Source: Laetmonice hystrix
Taxonomy: Eukaryota
DNA: 64,000 nucleotides
Assembly (NCBI GenBank): GCA_965235115.1
Contig: OZ249436.1
Span: 51,524,001-51,588,000 of the forward strand
Reading direction: 5' to 3'
Every line of letters starts with the position of its first letter. Position 1 is the first letter of the stretch. The translations under genes and the position numbers were made by a program. The notes under the pieces were generated by a model. That model had not been told where the DNA came from. It ran no database searches and worked only from the letters and a program-made list of their open reading frames with translations. Positions 28,601 to 40,100 of the stretch are shown here, piece by piece.

Positions 28601-31229
28601 TATCCATTTGAGTAAAGTTCACGCTGTGACAGGATATGAGGTACGTTGTTTTTATATCATAAAATTTTTATTATTTGCCAAAGAATTCTTGAAAGTGGTA
28701 AATATCCTAAACTGTTGGTCTTTTGTAGATTTTTGTCTTTAAATTAATTAGTTAATTAATTAATTATAATTTTTTTTATAAATTTATTTTAATTAATTAA
28801 TTTAATTAATTAATTTAATTATTGATTTAATAACTTAAAATCATAAAATAATAATAATATAAAATAAAATATAAAAATAAATTATAAATTTATTTATAAT
28901 TAATTAATTACTTTAATAATTAATTTAAATACAAAAATCTTCAAAAGACCAACAGTTTAAGCTATTTACCACTTTCAAGAATTCTGTGGCAAATAATAAA
29001 AATTTTATGATATAAAAACAATGTACCTCGTATCTCGTCACAGCGTAAACTTTACTAAAATGGATATTATTTGAAAAATTATTTGACAGGGAAGGAAGTA
29101 TGGAAGGGATTAGGGATTTAGTTTTCTTTAATGTCCAAAATGTGCTTTATCAAGGAAAAAATATCACAATGCTCTTCCACCTTGGCAACATAGGCAAAAT
29201 GGCCCCTCAAAATGGGTCATATTTAGCGATCGGCCAACTTTGGCCACTAGTGGCGCCACCTGTGTCTATTTTTAGAAGATTATTTTGGTGTTTGCATGCA
29301 CCTCATAAACCCATAAATCAAATCCCCAAAGATCAAGAAGTTACAAGAAGGAACTTTTGCATGAAAAATTTTTGAATATTGAATTTTCTTTTCTCCGATG
29401 TGTTTTTTTCTATTTTGGGGGGCATGGTGCTCCAAGGAATAAGCAAATAATTAAAATGTTATTACTTTTTCCTGGTCTCTACATATTAAAGTTTCAGTGG
29501 GCAAAAATACAAGTTGCCAGCTCTTATAATTTCTGAATGGCAGCCCTCTAAAAACGGCTCAGAAAAAGAAGCGTTTTTTTCAGGGGTACCCCCACCCAAA
29601 CTCATGGGGGTATAACATGGGAACCGTTGGGAATTTGGAAGAAAAATTTCAGAAATGTACTTCAGATATATAGATCTAACTACATGGCAAATAAGGAAAA
29701 AATTGGAGATGGTCACCCGGGAGCCACTGGTCGATTTGACATGGAATGACCCTACTGTTAAACAGATCTAGCATACATTTGGCCAGAATAAAATAAACCT
29801 AATATTGCCAGTACCGTAATTTTCCGTGTACAAGCCACACTTTTTTCCTCCTCAAACTACTCATTAATTAATACTCAATTCAGTGGGGGAAGGCATCAGT
29901 CTTTTTGATCTAAGCATGATATGAAAGAGTCATAGCTGTACATGTACTATGCATATGTACATGTTGCTGGGGCGGTCCGACTATATACAGGGCTTGAAAA
30001 TTCCTTTCAAAGTTTAGTAGTCGTTTGGCGAGTAAACCTTTTAATTCACTCGCCACAATCCTGGGAAGCTTTCAACAAGCCTTAATGTTCCATTTAGAAT
30101 TCTCATCTTTGATGGATTTTTTACACCTGCTATGATCTACTTTGCCTTTAAATGCGTAATGACAGGGTTGTATTTTCACTACATGCTTTAGAGCACCACT
30201 GGGAATGCCCGAACCCAAGCTAGAGCGAAACAGAAATCTGAAGCGGGAATGATCGACAGCGCCGCCTATGACGAGAACCAGAAACTACTGGCCGCTCATT
30301 GACTGACGTCCCGTCATGATCGTCGGCACGCAACTGAATGTGTACCGTGCATCGTTCAATCACACATATAGCAGGAGATTCCATTTTCTTGCAGTGGTGT
30401 AGGAAGCTACTAGCGCGCTCGCCGCTGCAATGTATCGAGTTCATAGGGATGGCGGTAAACAAGTGGCGATTTTTTAAATGAAATTTATGAAGTTTTATTC
30501 GCCAAATGTCTACCTGCTGGAATTTTATTCTCGCCTAGGCAAACTTTTCATTAGCATTTAGCGATAAGGGGAGCGGAATTTTCTAGCCCTGTACATAGCT
30601 CTGTTGCTAGGTAACATAAATTATATAAAAAGTATAGATCTAGATCTACTTTAAATTCTAATGCCGGGTAATGGTTTTACCTTGGTCACTGGTGAGCCTC
30701 GAAGTACAAAACATCTAGCTAACATCAGACTCAGTGGTAACGTACAAGACTCAAGAGTACTCTGTCATAGTGTCATGACTAATTACCAGGCATAACCTTA
30801 GTTATATAACGTTAGCCATTCCAGGGACAAGTAGACTGGGTTTGATGATATCATGGACATAACGAACACATTGATATGATATCATCAAGTTGATAGGTCC
30901 CAAGTCCAACTGAAGTTCTGTGGGTGTGACCTGTCAAAATCTATTTTCACTGACACAGTGACACTGACAGTGACACAGCAGCCAGTGCGTAGATCTAGTA
31001 TCATCTACAGTACTGTGTGTGTGTGTGTAGTTTCTTGAGCCGAGGTCTATAATATTTTGATCATCAGTTATTATCTATCCACACTAGAGGAAGACAGAGA
31101 AAGGAGTTCGAGAAATCCTAAAATATAGATGCCGACTTACTTGAGTAAAAGCAGTGCCACTGCCAGAATAACTAACACCGCTGTCGTTATTCGTCGACGT
31201 CCCCGCAAAATATGTCTAACGTCGGCCAT
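9818..31229 (-). CDS. SNX14: Sorting nexin-14 (TM-PXA-RGS-PX-PXC), ~920 aa, 33 exons
   Basis: Exons: 31229-31141, 27247-27179, 26766-26715, 24280-24201, 22584-22506, 21741-21698, 21285-21198, 20953-20869, 20615-20459, 20265-20190, 20021-19977, 19036-18956, 18788-18674, 18512-18357, 18120-18063, 17672-17606, 17087-17029, 15425-15346, 15014-14956, 14745-14559, 14364-14331, 14197-14148, 14029-13929, 13595-13493, 12877-12837, 12706-12636, 12279-12237, 12082-11956, 11688-11524, 10793-10763, 10548-10484, 10190-10099, 9931-9818. All introns GT-AG with consistent phases (2763 nt). Peptides NRFHIFLMIWSFIGGVV, CPVCGKENCSRHR, SRIGSKIKGVFK, RRYAEFYVLEQKLSEFHG, LQYPKLNKQLSYMLFDHVIEELFPE match recalled vertebrate SNX14. 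Confidence 0.93.
27313..29752. mobile_element. Non-autonomous foldback DNA transposon with very long TIRs (Sola2-like)
   Basis: Termini gggtcattccatgtcaaatcgacca / tggtcgatttgacatggaatgaccc. 4-bp TSD TACT at 27309-27312 and 29753-29756. Arms about 0.9 kb each around an AT-rich centre. GRG..CYC ends, 4-bp TSD and long TIRs fit Sola2; family assignment is inference. Confidence 0.85.
27833..28424. mobile_element. 592-bp MITE with 9-bp TSD, nested in the left arm of the foldback element (copy A)
   Basis: Ends cattcggga / tcccgaatg. TSD caaagttgg at 27824-27832 and 28425-28433. The right arm carries the empty site (~29234-29242, ccaactttg). Confidence 0.9.
29812..29850 (+). mobile_element. Tc1/mariner (Tc2/pogo-like) TIR remnant
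   Basis: TA|CCGTAATTTTCCGTGTACAAGCCACAC resembles CCGTA-type TIRs. The partner end was not found. Confidence 0.4.
29988..30591. mobile_element. 604-bp MITE with 17-bp TIR
   Basis: cagggcttgaaaattcc ... ggaattttctagccctg (1 mismatch), flanked by TA on both sides. Confidence 0.75.
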
Positions 31230-31499
31230 TTTACTTGTTTATAAACGATCTGCGCCATCTGGGGCCTAGATTCAGGGTGTTTTCTTGTCGTCCACGTCCC
31301 CTGGAACGTAGCTACTAATCCGTACACAGTAGGTTCTCTCAGGTGAAGCTTGTTTGTGTACGAGAAATGTCAAAATGCATAATTGCACCTGCACGAGTTA
31401 GAAATGAGCTCTGTTACTCATGAACCGTCACGGCACGGCTAGTAGAACTCTTCACCTTCCGGAAACCACGAAAGCGAAGGCAACACTTCCGGCGTGAAA
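31230..31499. promoter_or_regulatory. Bidirectional promoter shared by SNX14 and PMM
   Basis: Divergent ATGs 270 bp apart. CpG-rich. Two ETS/GABP-type CTTCCGG motifs (~31456, ~31486). YY1-type AAAATGGC motifs overlap both start codons. Confidence 0.8.
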
Positions 31500-34400
31500 A
31501 TGGCGGCACGAGACACGTCTACGATTTATTTGTTTGATGTGGATGGCACGTTAACACGGCCTCGACATGTAAGTGACATCTGCGCTCTCAGTGTTAAGTT
31601 ACCAACAATTTCTAGTCTTTGTGTCCAAAGATATACTTATTCAGCCTGTGCCCCTCCGCGTTTGCAATGCGCATTGGGGTGACCGGTGCCGGCGCGCCGG
31701 CCCGCCGGCCCGGGCCGGTGTCGCGGTCTCAGATCTCCGTGGTCTCAGAACTCCGGGAGGTTAGCTGCATCGCCGTGTGTTCTAGTCTAACTATCCGAAA
31801 TATCAGCTCTCAGTTGAGTCACACGTAATAACTCTCATCTCCTCTACGATACTTGGTTTACAGTTTACCTATCCAGACTGTCCTTTAGTCTTGTTTGGAA
31901 GAAAACTCCACCGCCCATCAGGTAGCAGACGACCGGAGGTGTGAGCCCAAACAGCGACTCGCGCGTGCTCACTTAGTCAGATTCAGCATCTAAACAATAG
32001 GAAACCATGCCCCCGGAGTACTGAGACCAACGGAGATCTGAGACCGCGACACCGGGCCGGGCCGGTGTTGCGCCTGTCGCGATCTGTTTCCTCCGCTCAC
32101 TGACACTGGTCTACATGCAGTCTCAGGGTCCTTGGTGGCCGAACCTGACTAAGTGAGCACGAACTAGACCTCTCTATATATTTATGTTAAAGATAGACCG
32201 GCGTGGGACGGTCACTACATCTGGTTGGAAAGAACGATTTCTTATTGCAGTAGCCTATTGGATTTAAAAACTGGCATGATATTCAAAAAAATGAAAGTAA
32301 AGATCTAGAAAATTTAATACCAAAGTTCTATTTTTTTGTATAGCATAGTCATATAAAATAAATAAATAAAACACCTAAAGCATGACAAATTATAGGTTTT
32401 TATTCTTATTTACGAGAAAAGGATGGGTAAAGATTGGCCTATCAGTATCATTTTTGATGCTATATTTTAATTTTTGGCCTATGTCGCTATGACGCTTTTT
32501 TTTTCTTTAATTGAGGTAAAATTTTGTTGGAATATTTTTTTCAGAAAATTTCTCCTAAAATGTCAGCTTTCATGCAGACCATCAAAGAAAAGGTTGTCGT
32601 TGGCCTGGTTGGTGGATCTGACTTGAAGAAAATCACAGAGCAAATGGGAGATGACGGTAAGAGAACTTATACTACCTGAGTCCTCGAAGAGTATTGAGGT
32701 TTTGTAAGCGTCGCTGCCGACCTGAATCCACATAGGTCTGCCAAAACAGGGGCAGTCTTTCTCAATAAATATCTGGCTTTTTGTTGCAGTGCTTGAACAG
32801 TTTGACTTTGTCTTCTCGGAAAATGGCTTGGTTGCTCACAAACATGGACAGCTGATAGGTAAAGAGGTAAGGATAGTTGAAGGTTGCAGCATTACTGAAT
32901 CGGTAGAACTGCCATACATGTACTCAATATCCATCCATTTATGTTCATAATAGAGTTTTATCAAACAGCTAAAAACTTATATGATTTTGCATTGTTAAGA
33001 TTTAGGAAGCCATGCATCTTTCTTTAACGTAAGATACCTAAGTGTTATTCACCGGTCATTGAAAAAACTATAAAAATTATAGTCCAAGAAAACTAAATTT
33101 CACCATTGTATTTGAGTTATTGATTTTACATATATTGGACATAATTTATACTGTTTGTTTAAAAATTGTCTTTCCAAATCTGAAGTCTATTGAGAAGTAC
33201 CTTGGAGAAGAACCCCTACAGAAGTTCATTAACTTTGCACTACTGAAGATGTCACAGATTAATCTGCCAGTGAAAAGGTAAGTGGCAAGATTTGTTGGGT
33301 ATACATGTATTGTACTCCTGCCATTTCACTGTGGCTCTAATGCCGATTAGAATGCCGAGATAAGGATTAAGAGTAGATCTGGGTTGCATACTGTGAAACA
33401 TATAAAGATATGGCTTTCTAAGGGCTGGCTTCTTTTTCATAGTATTCAATAGTGCTCAGTCTGAGGCAAACTGGACTAGGAACATTTCCAATTATCACTA
33501 AGTGTTAACAGCATCTAGGAGTTCATAAATGGTGACATCAAAGGGAAAGTTTCGCACATAGATTTCTGGAAGGCTTATTGCATGTATTTATACATGCATT
33601 TCTTGCTTACAGAGGAACGTTTATAGAGTTCCGCAGTGGTTTGGTGAATGTGTGCCCTGTTGGCCGCAGTTGCTCACAGGAAGAAAGGGATCAGTTTGCT
33701 GAATTTGATCAAGTATGTTTTGTCGTTAGATTTATTGGTACTTTTTCATCCACAATGCTGACCAGTGCTAAATTATTTATGGGCAGTATTAAAGAATTAT
33801 ATTGAGACAAATTCAATATTTTTGTATACTCTATTGTTTTTTTATATTTTTTTTTAAGCGGACTGTAACTGTGAATACGTATGGGCCCTGGGTGGTAGTG
33901 GTATTATATGATATGAGTGTAGTCCTCAAACAGAGGTTATGCATACAAAATCATGCCCATTATGTAATACTTTCCTTGTAGGTACATAATATTCGCCAGA
34001 ATCTAGTCAGGGACTTCAAAAATGAGTTTTCAAACATGGGCCTACAGTTTGTAATTGGTAAGTCAAATACTGTACAAGGTTTGTACTAGATAATGTTTAC
34101 GTCGTCATCACAGCAAATCACATCTGGATTCAACCAATTCTCTGGTACTTGTTAACTTCCTGCAATTTTTCTTTGTCTCTGTAATCAAACAATTAAGTGT
34201 TAACTTATGAAAAAAATCATTATGTTGATATTTGTTTTAAGGTGGACAAATTAGCATTGATATGTATCCGGATGGCTGGGACAAGCGCTACTCTTTGCGT
34301 TACATTGAAAAAGAAGGCTTCAAAAATATTCACTTCTTTGGAGACAAGACATCACCTGTGAGTAGCTGTGAAATATAAGATATAACACTCCAATTTGCAT

Positions 34401-34648
34401 GTTTAAATAATTTGAAGCTTTATCGAGAGTATAGGTTTGAGCCAGTGCTACTACAATTTGGATAAGTATATTGAAAAGTCATGTTGATACTTGTAATATA
34501 TTAATAACTGATAAACTATAATGTAGATGCTCAACATTTTCAGGGTGGAAACGACCATCAGATTTATGAGGACCATCGCACAATTGGACACAGTGTGACA
34601 AGTCCAGAGGATGCTCGTCTGCAAATTGAGAAACTTTTATGTCAATAG
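31500..34648 (+). CDS. PMM2: Phosphomannomutase (HAD IIB, PMM1/2 family), 248 aa, 8 exons
   Basis: Exons 31500-31568, 32545-32656, 32790-32866, 33186-33277, 33613-33712, 33982-34057, 34242-34357, 34544-34648 (747 nt). Motifs [51 protein letters not shown]. The invertebrate gene is probably co-orthologous to PMM1 and PMM2. Confidence 0.95.
31705..32065. repeat. GC-rich inverted-repeat element in PMM intron 1
   Basis: ccggtgtcgcggtctcagatctccgtggtctcagaactccggg (~31715-31757) is inverted at ~32011-32055. Confidence 0.75.
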
Positions 34649-34703
34649 TACCACTAGTTATTTTTTATTGATCACATATTATAGCATGGTTGTCTGAGCT
34701 GAC

Positions 34704-34709
34704 AATAAA
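34704..34709 (+). terminator. Candidate polyadenylation signal for PMM
   Basis: AATAAA 55 nt after the stop codon. Confidence 0.5.
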
Positions 34710-35802
34710 TATTCTTTTATCTAGCTGACCGTAAGCACAGACGTACTGGTATGCGTTCGTTAGGCCAGTGTGAGAAGGAGAAATCTACTTGGTGAAAAAA
34801 GGGACCATAGGAAAAGAGATGTTGATCTGCTAACTAAGATATTTCAATGATGGTATAGAATGTATTCGATTTGTTTGCTTACCTTTGAGGTAATACAATA
34901 ATACCAAAATATTGGTTCAGAGTTCTTCAACCCCACAGGGCTGGTGACAATTTACAGTTTGAAGCTGTGTGTAGGAATGCGAAACTTGCTTGGGTAAGGC
35001 TTTAATATTATGCTGTTGACTTGACAAAGACAACGAAAAGGCAGTTTCTATAACACTTGGAGGCCATCACACTGGGAGAGTTTGCTGGGATAGAATTTCT
35101 ATCGGTTGGTCTAGTTCACAAAACCAAACACGAAACGGGACAAATTTAAAATGGCAAACCAGTGGGTACAGGCCCTAGATGTACGGCCACCGTTAGATGG
35201 CAGCATTAGTCTGGGAGGTGTCGGTTTCGAGCTACGGGTAATGTACAATATTCGTAATTTGTAGACTAATGCCACCATACTTGTGCTTGAATCTGCATAC
35301 AAAGTTCTGACAGGCTTAGATAACTATACATTTACAGTTTGGCCCGTTTTCGACAATATCACTTATTTTGCATTTGGTTTCTTTAGGTTTCATTCTGTTT
35401 CATGAACTAGAACGACCCATTCTCTACTGATCTAGGGTGCGACATGTTGGCTTGTCTGGTGATTAACACCAATGTGTTTTCAGTGGGGATTTTACCCTAA
35501 CGACTTCAGGTGAGAAAGCCCCTGTTAGAGTGGGCCTAATACATGTGTAGTTATAAAGTGTGGTGCTGTGGTTCTATTACTCCAACAAGCCAGAGTCTGA
35601 TTAACTATAGGCTACGGCCGTTCACAGGCTCTAGATTATTGGACTATGGTTCTATATCAGGAGGTTGGGGGAAGATGCTTTATCAACTATAATAAGCCGA
35701 GGAGAGGGATATGCAACCAGGTACCTCGGCCCTGACGGGGCTTACATATTGTATAACAAAATGAAACTCCCTTGTATTGTCATTTTTGTCATTTGTGAAT
35801 GC

Positions 35803-36030
35803 AGTCTGGGTCACCCGACTATCTGGCTGGGGCCGTATAGGGGCTTGATGATCAAGACTGTTGTGAATGGTGTGTTGTACTTTTGTTAGTGTTGTGCAAT
35901 CTTGTTCAAACTATGAAGTCTGGGTCACCCGACTATCTGGCTGGGGCCGTATAGGGGCTTGATGATCAAGACTGTTGTGAATGGTGCGTTGTACTTTTGT
36001 TAGTGTTGTGCAATCTTGTTCAAACTATGA
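35803..36030. repeat. 114-bp direct tandem duplication
   Basis: agtctgggtcacccgactatctggctgggg...caaactatga occurs twice, nearly identical. Confidence 0.9.
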
Positions 36031-37115
36031 GGTAGAGGTAGACCACCAAGGCAGACTACAGACGGGTTGAGATAAGAAGCCATACATTATGCACCTGTGT
36101 AACTACGTGTAAAAAATTGAGCCTGTATGGAAAAGTGAAATTGGGTCATGAATGATATGTTAACTTTATTAACTCTTAGTTTTCCGCTCTCATATAAAAT
36201 TAATTTAAACGTTATTTTCATCTGTATTGTTTATCCCTGTGATGAGGTAGGCATACAACTGGCTACAAGTACAACTACCACAGACATTAAATCAAAAGAG
36301 ACCAGCCGCCAGATAATTTTAAAAAAGGAATAAACTTGTTTTATCGGGACACTGTGTGAAGGGATGTTTACGTTGTTTAAAAAGAACTTTATAGTTTTTT
36401 TTATCTGTATAAAATGAAGACACGAAGCGAGGGGACCCTGGCTGATTGAATCGACTGTATCGGAGTTTATGTAGTCGTCACGAGACGTCAATTTTATTGA
36501 TGTTTATTGAAACACTGACGACCCCTAGCGGGGTATAAAGAAACAGCACCGTCATTGCGTGAATACGGACCAGGTGGCAGCACCGTCAGGACCCGACACG
36601 ATGGGCGTCGCTGAGAACGTGTCTGAATGAACCAGTTTACCATAGAGGGACCAACGCGTGGTTTATAACGTTGATGTTTGTGTATGTTGTGGGTTGTGGG
36701 CTAACAGGTGTTCCAGCAACAAAAGTAGTTGCGACTTGTTGCCGACATATACCACTTCTGTTGAAGCATGTTTAAATAAAACTTCAGGTCACAATTTTAT
36801 CTTTTAGAAGTTTGGGCTTATTTATTTTTCAAAATGTGAGATATGCATGGTGTGGAGTAATGGTTGTAAAAAATATCCGATTGAAGCTGACGGTGTCCTT
36901 GTATGGCAGAGTGATTTCTTTCATTTGACGTTGGCGTGACATTACTGTAGGATGTTAAAGCCGTATACGGTAGGCCTGTAGCGGCGCTATGTCCTCTGGA
37001 TAACTTTTGTAATGATCAGTTCACAAAAGGTATCTGCGATAAGGTAGATTCGTAATTTGTTCTATCATTTCTGTCATTCGCAATTTCATATGCCAACTAA
37101 ATGTATAAAAGGCAA

Positions 37116-40100
37116 CTATTCTTTCACATAGGCGGGATTTTCATAGGGTTGGGTTGTGACACTATAGGGTGGAGGGGGTCTGCTGTGGCCGGCAGAGGGC
37201 GCCACGGAGGCTGGACCGGAGTTGTTCACGTTTTGGTTATCCCGGGCCACGTTCTTTATCATGTTGGCCGTCCATTGAGGTGAGGGTTTCATCAACTTCA
37301 GTATACGCTGAAAAATCACAACGGTATAGGGGAGGTATAGTTTGTATGCATGTTTAAAACGATCCCCCTTGGTGAGGTTTCCACAAAATTTAGTGATTAG
37401 AACTAAATATCTAGCACTACATAATATTAGCAGCCCCAAGGATACTCTCGGTACTCAAAACTGCCGCAAAATACTTATCCTTGGCCCTGCCTTAACCCCT
37501 AGCCCTTAGATCTACTCCGAATTTCGTGGGAGATTGGAATGTTGCCATAGGGGAAACAGTTTTAAACTCTCCTTCCAAATACCGGATAGTTCATTTTGAA
37601 CGGCTATATGAAGATATTGAAAATACTTTATGACGTCATCCCTGGAGTGGGTCGAGTCGATGTTATTTTACCTGTGACAGAGTGAGGCCGGCGAACCCTG
37701 TGTCCCGATAGGTGCGAACGATGCGCCAGACCATCACTATAGGAATCATAAGGACACCATTCACAGCCATCAGCCAGCCCAGGCTCTGGGCCCACGAAGG
37801 CAGCTCGTAGTCCCCGTATGAAAGCGGCGTAAATTTTATCACATTGACGAAAAATATCACCTGCAATTAATAATCACGGTTAGGCCTTTTTTAATGTGGG
37901 TTTTACTCGGAACCTGTCAGGTTCTACAGGGCCTAGATTCAAAGCCGATTCAATACAGACCTTCAAGAAAGGGTTTGTTCGACACACAGATGGCGGAGTG
38001 GGGTTAGCGCTATTGCAGGGCATGTGAACAAACCAGCACCCTCCTCCCCCCCCCCCCCCGACATGAAGTGCTCAGTGTAGGCCGATACTCTGCTGGTCAA
38101 CAGTGCCTTTTCTCTTTGGTGTTTTCCCCCTTTTTGCGCATAGGCATAATCACCCTGCCCTTAAAGACTGAGGCTCGAGTAAAAAGGTGAAACTCAAGCG
38201 TACTTTCCGAGGTCCCCCCCCCCCGTTAGGAAATGCTGGTGCTGCCGTTGGAGGCAGTAAGACTGCATGTGAACATCGCAGGGCCCGTTTTTTAAACTTA
38301 AGTCCTTGATTAAACAGACCAGCTAATCCAAAGCCTAAATCTTAAACGAGAACTGAAGTTTAGAAAAACCAGCTAGTGATCTCACCACGAGAACGACGGG
38401 TGTGATAAACGTCCAGCAGATCCACCAGTGGGGATAGAGTCGGAATCCGACCATCAACTGGATGTCATTTAATAAACGTCGTGAACCTGCAACATTGATC
38501 AGAGCAAGATGTCAGCATTTGGTGGACCTCTACCATCACATTCATGGTTTGTCGTCATGTCAACTGTAATAACAATATGATCATCTTTAATAGGACGTCT
38601 GAAAAACATGGCTCAAATTGCTTGAGATCGACTCACCATACACCCAGGCAAACACCATTGCTTCGGCCATTCCCATTAAGAGAACAGCCCAGCCAGCATT
38701 GTAATACGCGCATAGTTCTGTCCAGTAAACACCTGACTGCAATAAAAACCGGTACATATTGGTACATTATCCTCAGATAAAATAACGAGTTTACAAATGT
38801 GTACTTCGATGCCACCTTATCAATATTGGCGCCTGTATACTCTACACAATATATAATACGTATGAATGTCATGAATGGGTGTTTTTCTACATATATACAC
38901 TCCTGTGCATACAATGTGTGTACACATGCACCCATTCATACATAGCAGGGCCCTATAGCTATCTTTTAAACCTGATTTTGTAGTAGCCAAATCATTGCTT
39001 CATTAGCCAAAATTGACCCGTGGTAACCAACATATCGGTGTCCTTGCTGGAAAAGATCTTGATGTACAATTCGCCAAAACTATCGCCGTTCTGAAAATCT
39101 GTTCGCTAATTTAAGAAAGTAATTGCCATTGTCGAATTGGCGACCGAGTAGCGAGGGCCCTGCTTCAGACGGCGCAAATGGATAAACCGCGCATATACAT
39201 AAGGAGGGAAGCAGGCCTCATATATGTAGCCTATAATATGGACAGCCTATATACAAATCGCAGAATTTTTTCTTGGTAAAAATCGGTTCAATGATAGGCC
39301 CTATGTCAACTTACATTCGTGCACTGTGTCAGCCCAAGCAGAAAACAGAACACGCATATTGACAGCGCGACCAGAGGCTTGTATTTACGCAGTCTGGGAA
39401 AGACATCAACGATGGCCGTCTGTGTGTTCTCCAGGCCGGCGAACTGTCATGGAATCATGTTTAAACAATTTGACAAAAGTTGAGGACATGAGGAGTTAGT
39501 TCACCATATAGAGACGACACACCAGCATAAATGATATATCACCATTAGCTTTATTACAATCTCAAAAAGATACACTTTTAATCAATGGGTAGACCTAATT
39601 ATTATGGACCATTGCTGGTATAGATGGAAATGTTGTAAGTTAGCGAGACAACTTGCCATGCTGTCGAGGCCGAGCGTGAGAAGCATGAAGAAGAAGAGCG
39701 CGGCCCACAGTTGGGGGACGGGGAGTCGAGTCACCACCTCCGGATAGGCGATAAATGCTAACCCCGACCCTGCATGCATGAACAAGTTATAGGAATCAAC
39801 TAAGGCGATCTAGAGTCAATTGATTTTTTGCGGATCCAAGGGGGGATTTAGGGGGTTAAGTGTCACACTAGATCGCACTGGCCCCCATCGAAATTCTTCA
39901 AATACTAAGTTTCCGCTTTTTGAAATAAATACCTTTGATTGCCAGGGACACCATGTTAAAATTTCAGGGGGCGAGGGATAAGTGAAAGTTTGTTAAAACC
40001 GAAATGGAAAAATATGTCTCCGTTGGCTTCCACGCCGATTTCGCTGCCATACTCTGTGATCTATAAATAGTTCCCAGCTTAAAGGGAGGGTAAACACACG

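Noticed and set aside
27216..29716. Short ORFs in the foldback element as a transposase
   Set aside because: No DDE or other recognisable motif; the duplicated peptides only reflect the inverted arms.
34544..34648. PMM substitution GGNDHQ versus the usual GGNDHE as loss of function
   Set aside because: The catalytic DxD and other motifs are intact; one change cannot be interpreted without an alignment.
38637..38736. Apparent frameshift or pseudogenisation in SLC6 paralog 1
   Set aside because: Careful reading gives an intact frame [16 protein letters not shown]...; the ORF track shows a different frame.
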